From assembly GCA_036679605.1 (NCBI GenBank), contig JAZDCZ010000385.1, forward strand, positions 1 to 12,772: a DNA stretch of 12,772 nt, written 5' to 3'. The stretch is from Gemmatimonadota bacterium. GTDB lineage: Bacteria; Gemmatimonadota; Gemmatimonadetes; Gemmatimonadales; GWC2-71-9. The translations under genes were made by a program, and so were the position numbers. The notes under the pieces are model-generated. The model ran no database searches. It was not told where the DNA came from and saw only the letters and a program-made list of their open reading frames with translations. The stretch's first letter is position 1, and each line of letters begins with the position of its first letter. Positions 7,928-12,772 of this stretch are shown in pieces.

Positions 7928-10126
7928 TCAAGCTGGGACTGTCAGTCGGGAAGCGATCCGTTTGCGCGGCGGTCGTGCGTGTACCTCTTCAAGGATGCCC
8001 AAACCGTGCTTGTCGATCGACAGTTTTTGTTCAGTCGGAATGACCACAGTCGTTAGTTCTGCTTCCAGGATTGCAGGCCCGATCACGACATTGCCAGGCT
8101 GCAGATGCTCGAACTGGAAGACCGGTGTATCGATCCACTTCCCTTTCTCTGGCCAATATGCCGGACGCTCACCAATGCGTGCTGCCGAAGGATCTTCGTC
8201 CTGTAGCTCATGCATAAAGAGTTCGGGTTTCCATGTCGGAACGGTGACGCGCAGGACGAAATTGTCCAGATAGACACCACCGGGCTTATTGACGACGAGG
8301 GGCGAGAAGGACTCCGAGAACTCTCGCTCAAACTCGTCATAAATTGCTTGAGCGTCTTCGGCGCTTTCAATACGAAGGCGCGGTGAGGACGCACGCTTGA
8401 CGTTGACTTGGCCTCCATAAAGCATATCGAGTTCGAGGGAGTAGCGCGCTTCAGAAGGGTTCAGTCCTTCACTCTCGAGTTCCTGACTCGCCTTGGCGAT
8501 CATCTCGTCCACGATTGCGTTAAAAACCTCGCGATTGACCACAAGCCGCTCGGTTCCCGGCTCCATGAAGATCATGCGCCGGCTCTGTTCGTACATATGA
8601 ACGATGTCCATGATTGATGATCCCACCGCACAGAACACCGGCGCGGCTGGGAAAATGACAACCTTTGGCACGTCACCCTTAATCCCTGAAATATGGGTTG
8701 GACCAGCACCACCAAAGGCGAACAGAACGAAGTCTTCCGGATGGTAGCCACGCATGTGGACTTCGCGCTTGATGGCGCTTGCCATATTCCCGTCGACCAC
8801 ACGACGAATCAGAGCCGCCGCCTCGATCGTGTCGATTCCGAGTGGCTCGGCGATTTTCGAGTGGATTGCCTTCTCGGCCTTGGACTTATTCAGTGGCATA
8901 CGTCCGCCGTAGTACGTGTCTGGGTTTATGTAACCGAGAACAAGGTCGGCGTCGGTGACCGTTGGCTCGACGCCGCCCAGGTCATAACAGGCCGGACCTG
9001 GCATCGATCCGGCGCTGTTCGGTCCAACCGTCAGACGCTGTGAACCGCGGTCGACATTGCCAATGGATCCGCCACCTGCGCCGATTGAGACGGTTTGAAT
9101 CATTGTGACGTTAACCATCCACCGGTCGATGACCGGACGGAAGGTGTAGTTGCGTACGCTGCTTTCGACAACCAGGGCCACATCAAAACTGGTGCCACCG
9201 ACGTCGCATGCGATTACGTTTTTATAGCCCAACTGCTCGGCGAAGTACGCGGAACCCATCAGCCCGGCCACCGGGCCGCCGTTAAAAGTGCGAGAAGCGG
9301 GTGTCTTAAATATCTCCGCGCAGCCGCCGGAATTGTGGATCATCAGGAAAGCGCCCTGATAGCCGCTTTCTCTTAGCTTATCCCAGGTGGCTCCGATGTC
9401 ATTTTGCATCGAGCGCTGCAAATATGCGTCGAGCACCGCAGTAATGGTTCGTTCGTATTCGCCGATCTTGCTGACAACGCTCGACGACAGCACCACCGGT
9501 AGGAAGCCAATGTGATACTCCTTGTACTCTTCGCGAATAATCTCACGCACACGCTTCTCATTCTCAGGGTTCATGAAACTCCAGAGAAGCGAAACAACGA
9601 TCACGCGCGCGCCGCGTTCCATCAGAAGGCGTAGTTTGTAACGTACGTCCTCCTCGTCCAACGGTCGCACGATGCGGCCGGTGGAATCAACACGCTCCCG
9701 AATCCCAAGGATCATGTTCCGCTCGACAAGCGGGTGGGGCTTCCTTTGGACAGCTAGGTTGCGGCGTTCGGAAACCCTCAGGCCGTCGGTCCACTGGGCG
9801 CCGCGACCAATCAGCAACACGTCCTCGTGGCCCTCAGTCATAAGAAGTCCGATCCGCGGTCCCTGACGTTGCAGCAGCCGGTTCAGCGCCACCGTCGTCG
9901 AGTAGCGGATGATGTCGATCTTCGGCAGCAACTCCTCCACAGAGAGTCCGATTTTGTCGCCCGCGGCCTCGATGGAGTTTAGAAAGCCGATAGAAAGATC
10001 GTGAGGCGTCGTCGGACACTTGCAGATCGTATGCTTACCCTCGAGGGACAGGACGAGGTCTGTAAACGTACCACCGACATCGATGTCGATTGAGCTGATT
10101 TCACTCTGTTTGGCCTGGACGCTCAA
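7928..10126 (-). CDS. apc3: Acetophenone carboxylase gamma subunit (Apc3/ApcC); hydantoinase A/oxoprolinase family ATPase (732 aa)
   Basis: Motifs DIDVGGTFTD, STTVALN, GGPVAG, DVGGTSFD, GAGGGS, GPNSAGSMPGPACY, PTVTDAD and FGGAGPTH. The TTG start overlaps the upstream TGA stop (TTGA, 10123-10126). Length and sequence resemble EbN1 Apc3 as I recall it. Confidence 0.9.
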   Translation of the reverse strand: MSVQAKQSEISSIDIDVGGTFTDLVLSLEGKHTICKCPTTPHDLSIGFLNSIEAAGDKIGLSVEELLPKIDIIRYSTTVALNRLLQRQGPRIGLLMTEGHEDVLLIGRGAQWTDGLRVSERRNLAVQRKPHPLVERNMILGIRERVDSTGRIVRPLDEEDVRYKLRLLMERGARVIVVSLLWSFMNPENEKRVREIIREEYKEYHIGFLPVVLSSSVVSKIGEYERTITAVLDAYLQRSMQNDIGATWDKLRESGYQGAFLMIHNSGGCAEIFKTPASRTFNGGPVAGLMGSAYFAEQLGYKNVIACDVGGTSFDVALVVESSVRNYTFRPVIDRWMVNVTMIQTVSIGAGGGSIGNVDRGSQRLTVGPNSAGSMPGPACYDLGGVEPTVTDADLVLGYINPDTYYGGRMPLNKSKAEKAIHSKIAEPLGIDTIEAAALIRRVVDGNMASAIKREVHMRGYHPEDFVLFAFGGAGPTHISGIKGDVPKVVIFPAAPVFCAVGSSIMDIVHMYEQSRRMIFMEPGTERLVVNREVFNAIVDEMIAKASQELESEGLNPSEARYSLELDMLYGGQVNVKRASSPRLRIESAEDAQAIYDEFEREFSESFSPLVVNKPGGVYLDNFVLRVTVPTWKPELFMHELQDEDPSAARIGERPAYWPEKGKWIDTPVFQFEHLQPGNVVIGPAILEAELTTVVIPTEQKLSIDKHGLGILEEVHARPPRKRIASRLTVPA

Positions 10127-10515
10127 GGCCTTGTCCTGTCTTTGAAGGGCAAAGTAAGCTTGCCCTCGTGAATCACCAGCTTACCCTTATCGAGCCGCAT
10201 CTTGAGGCTGTCCAGATCGAGCTCAATATCGTGCGTAATTGGATGCCCAGGCGGGAGATACTCCGTTTCGATCTGGCGGGCGCAATTCGGACAGTAGAAT
10301 TCGACGATTCGCACCCAGTTCTCGTCGGGTGCAAACGTATACTCACCACTAATAACGGGTTTATGGATTTCTGCCGGACTACGCTCGGCCACGAGGCAAC
10401 CACGCTTGTAATTTTCACTTGCCGCGATGAGGCATGCGCCACAGTCATGGCAATACCAGTGTTCGTCGTTTAGGTCGAGATCCAGATATTCGGTAAAGTG
10501 AATTCGTTCGTACAT
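10123..10515 (-). CDS. apc2: Acetophenone carboxylase beta subunit (Apc2/ApcB); acetone carboxylase gamma-subunit family, Zn-binding (130 aa)
   Basis: Two CxxC pairs (CHDC, CPNC), NYKRGCL and EFYCP-C---IETEYLPPGHPITHDIELD, characteristic of the AcxC-like family; located between the two hydantoinase A-type genes. Confidence 0.92.
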   Translation of the reverse strand: MYERIHFTEYLDLDLNDEHWYCHDCGACLIAASENYKRGCLVAERSPAEIHKPVISGEYTFAPDENWVRIVEFYCPNCARQIETEYLPPGHPITHDIELDLDSLKMRLDKGKLVIHEGKLTLPFKDRTRP

Positions 10516-10530
10516 CGTTATCCGCCGTTG

Positions 10531-12510
10531 TCATTTAACGCGTGTTAGTTGGGCATTACCGTAGTCATCCAGCGTCGCATTCCAACCTGGTGGCACAGGG
10601 CACGTAAATGTCTCGCCGTTGATCACGGCCGGACCCACTACGATGTCACCTACGTTTAGTGCCTCCCATTGGTAGATTGGTGTGGAGCCCGCCACGCCAC
10701 CATTGAAACGGACTTCGCGCGTCCCTGGAGGCTGTTCGTTTACGACCTCGGTTCGTTTAACAATGGCGTGGCCACCAACCGAAAATGAGGTCGACAATCG
10801 AATGGCGAGCAATGACTCACCATCCAGGCCCGCGGACTTGACAGCCTCATCGAGTTTGCTTGCGATGTCTTCATGCGGTCCGTTGACGCTCATCTCGACG
10901 TTCGAGACTGATTCTTCACTCTTACCCAGATCGACCTCCCATGCGAAAATCGCCTGATTCGGATCGAAGCCCTCGCCGCGCAGATCGCGCACAGCCTGAA
11001 TGGTCATGTCTGCGGCGATAGGCTTGAGTCGTTCGACAGTGTTTACGTCCCAATGCCCAATGAGACCCCGCTCGTAGCGATGCACGACGTTAGAAATCGC
11101 CGAACCGAAGGTGCTGAATACCGGGCCCAGATCGAAGGTGTGTGCAGACACAATGCCGAGCATCTCGGAAATGAAGGCGGCGAACATTGGTCCGTTCCCA
11201 CCAAACGCAAAGAGTGCGGTGTCTGCAGCCCTTCCATCTGTCTCTGCGAGCATATTTTCGATGAGCTCGGTCATGATGGCGACGGCTTCGTCACGGATCG
11301 ATAGCGCTGCCACCTCAACCGACACGTCGAGTGGCTTCGCGACCTTCTCCTCGATTGCCACGCGAGCGAGATCAACATCAAGAGTGCGCCGGCCGCCAAA
11401 GAAGTTTGCCGGATCTAGATAGCCCAGAATGACCAGGGCATCGGTTAGCGTCGCTTCACGACCGCCGAGCCCGTAGCAGGCGGGACCGGGCGCAGCGCCA
11501 GTGCTCTCCGGACCGAGTGTCAAGACGCGGCCTTTGACATGAACCATGGAGCCGCCGCCCACGGCTGCCGAACGGAGCATTACAAGGGACGCTTCGACAG
11601 GTATTCCCATCAGATTGCCGCGACGCTGGAACACGGGAGCGCCGTTCATGACGACTGAGGCCTTGGTGGTGGTGCCGCCGACGTCGAGACAGATGACGTG
11701 TGACAGTTCGTACAGCTTGGCCATGTAAGCCCCGCCGAAAGCGCCAAATACAGGGCCCGATTCAATGGTATCGACCGCCTTGGTCTTGCCGATGCGAGCG
11801 ACACCACCACTCGCGTGTCCAATTAGCAACGGCCCTTGCCAGAGGTGACCGTCGCGCAGCAGGTCCTCCGCCTTGAACAGCGAACTGGCCAGTTGCGTGT
11901 GCGTGTAAGCGTTCATTAGCGCAAAGTGCGCCCGCGTCTGATCGTGGCGCACCGACGCCATCTCGCTGCCGAGCAATACCGGCACGGATCCAATGATGTG
12001 ATCTGGATAGTGCTCCTCTATCACTTCCTTGACTGCGCGCTCGGACGCGTTTTCTGGAAAGGCATTAGCGAGGCACACGCAGATCCGCCTGACGCCACCT
12101 TCGAGCAAATCCTTGACTGCGCCCAACACCTCTACGGGCGTTGGGTTGTCCGACAAACCAATAACGTTTTCTTCGGCGACGATTTCGCCCAGCACAGGCG
12201 AGCTGCTTTCACCGTAAAGTATCTTTTCATGACCTTTCGAGACGATAAGTCCGACATTCGAGCCGCGGCGCTCAGCGAGGACGTTGGTCGTGATCGTCGA
12301 TGACCAGCGAATCAGACCAACTTCCTCAAGGAAATCGGCGACATCATTGTATTTCAAGCGCGAGGCGGCTTCCTTGAGGCATTCGAGGAACGACACGGTA
12401 TAATCGTGGGGCGTCGTGTCGACTTTAAAGGCATGATACGTTGCACCGTCGGAAACGAGCGCATCGGTCATTGTGCCGCCAGTATCAATATCTACCGTGA
12501 TTTCGATCAC
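10531..12510 (-). CDS. apc1: Acetophenone carboxylase alpha subunit (Apc1/ApcA); hydantoinase A/oxoprolinase family (659 aa)
   Basis: Motifs [57 protein letters not shown] and FGGNGP. Start moved to GTG 12510, preceded by GGAGAGG and placing the DxGGT motif at the N-terminus as in the family. Confidence 0.88.
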   Translation of the reverse strand: MIEITVDIDTGGTMTDALVSDGATYHAFKVDTTPHDYTVSFLECLKEAASRLKYNDVADFLEEVGLIRWSSTITTNVLAERRGSNVGLIVSKGHEKILYGESSSPVLGEIVAEENVIGLSDNPTPVEVLGAVKDLLEGGVRRICVCLANAFPENASERAVKEVIEEHYPDHIIGSVPVLLGSEMASVRHDQTRAHFALMNAYTHTQLASSLFKAEDLLRDGHLWQGPLLIGHASGGVARIGKTKAVDTIESGPVFGAFGGAYMAKLYELSHVICLDVGGTTTKASVVMNGAPVFQRRGNLMGIPVEASLVMLRSAAVGGGSMVHVKGRVLTLGPESTGAAPGPACYGLGGREATLTDALVILGYLDPANFFGGRRTLDVDLARVAIEEKVAKPLDVSVEVAALSIRDEAVAIMTELIENMLAETDGRAADTALFAFGGNGPMFAAFISEMLGIVSAHTFDLGPVFSTFGSAISNVVHRYERGLIGHWDVNTVERLKPIAADMTIQAVRDLRGEGFDPNQAIFAWEVDLGKSEESVSNVEMSVNGPHEDIASKLDEAVKSAGLDGESLLAIRLSTSFSVGGHAIVKRTEVVNEQPPGTREVRFNGGVAGSTPIYQWEALNVGDIVVGPAVINGETFTCPVPPGWNATLDDYGNAQLTRVK

Positions 12511-12549
12511 GCCTCTCCATTGAGCGTAGCGTAGATTGAAGGAACGGTG

Positions 12550-12621
12550 ACGATAGCAGGAAAGCCAATCCGACACTATCCGGAATGATACCCATTGCAT
12601 CCGGAAAAACCCTAGTGCAAT
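12550..12621 (-). promoter_or_regulatory. Putative apc operon promoter: extended -10 plus repeated operator-like sites
   Basis: Minus-strand TGcTATCGT at 12550-12558 with no good -35. Plus-strand ATCCGGAA occurs at 12578 and 12599 (21 bp apart) and ATCCGA at 12568. Inverted repeat ATTGCA-N16-TGCAAT spans 12594-12621. Confidence 0.35.
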
Positions 12622-12662
12622 ACACAATAACGATGTCTCAACACCTAATATAGGACACTACA

Positions 12663-12772
12663 GTAAATATCCCCCGGCAAAGCCGGGGGCTTTAGTTTGT
12701 GAACCGCTCAAAGCGGTCTGAACGGAACCGCCAGCGGTTCCTTGCGACCCCTGAAGGGGTCAGTTTCATCTA
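12663..12772 (-). mobile_element. Right (3') end of an IS200/IS605-family element (IS200/tnpA-type); body outside window
   Basis: The minus strand reads ...ACCGCTTTGAGCGGTTCACAAACTAAAGCCCCCGGCTTTGCCGGGGGATATTTAC. This is the subterminal hairpin pattern I recognise downstream of proteobacterial IS200-type tnpA genes. No full transposase is visible. Confidence 0.7.
12671..12761. repeat. Four tandem GC-rich hairpins
   Basis: CCCCCGGC-AAA-GCCGGGGG (12671-12689); ACCGCT-CAA-AGCGGT (12703-12717); GGAACCGC-CA-GCGGTTCC (12724-12741); GACCCCT-GA-AGGGGTC (12746-12761). Confidence 0.95.

Noticed and set aside
1599..12303. Numerous short overlapping or antisense ORFs (60-190 aa) within the large genes
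   Set aside because: They lie inside well-supported CDSs, lack recognisable domains and are expected by chance in GC-rich coding DNA.
5846..12510. Annotation as hydantoinase, 5-oxoprolinase or acetone carboxylase (acxABC)
   Set aside because: Two A-type paralogues, a small Zn subunit, a B-type subunit, a fifth subunit and an aryl-CoA ligase fit the Apc architecture, not the two- or three-subunit enzymes.
12555..12568. Possible sigma-54 promoter (minus strand TTGGCTTTCCTGCT)
   Set aside because: The GG-to-GC spacing is 7 nt rather than the required 10 nt.
12511..12627. 39-aa N-terminal extension of apc1 in the ORF track
   Set aside because: It shows no family similarity, and GTG 12510 has a GGAGAGG RBS; the stretch is better read as promoter and 5' UTR.
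12671..12761. CRISPR array, tRNA or simple operon terminator
   Set aside because: The stems differ in sequence, with no repeat-spacer periodicity or cloverleaf. They lie upstream of the operon and match an IS200-type end better, though terminator activity on the plus strand is not excluded.

Overview
The window holds one tightly coupled minus-strand operon (~1036-12510) bracketed by two insertion sequences. In transcription order it encodes a hydantoinase A/oxoprolinase-type ATPase subunit (659 aa), a small Zn-binding acetone-carboxylase-gamma-type subunit (130 aa), a second hydantoinase A-type subunit (732 aa), a hydantoinase B-type catalytic subunit (684 aa), a URO-D/MtaA-fold protein (302 aa) and a PaaK-family aryl-CoA ligase (479 aa). 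Gene order, sizes and motifs match my recollection of the acetophenone carboxylase apc1-5 (apcABCDE) plus benzoylacetate-CoA ligase (bal) operon of Aromatoleum aromaticum EbN1; no alignment was run. The least expected element is a lower-GC TonB-dependent outer-membrane receptor gene overlapping the end of bal, a candidate aryl-ketone uptake module. A frameshifted ISL3 element begins at the last base of the receptor's stop codon. The hairpin-rich right end of an IS200/IS605-family element lies ~150 bp upstream of apc1, next to a promoter region with helically phased repeats.
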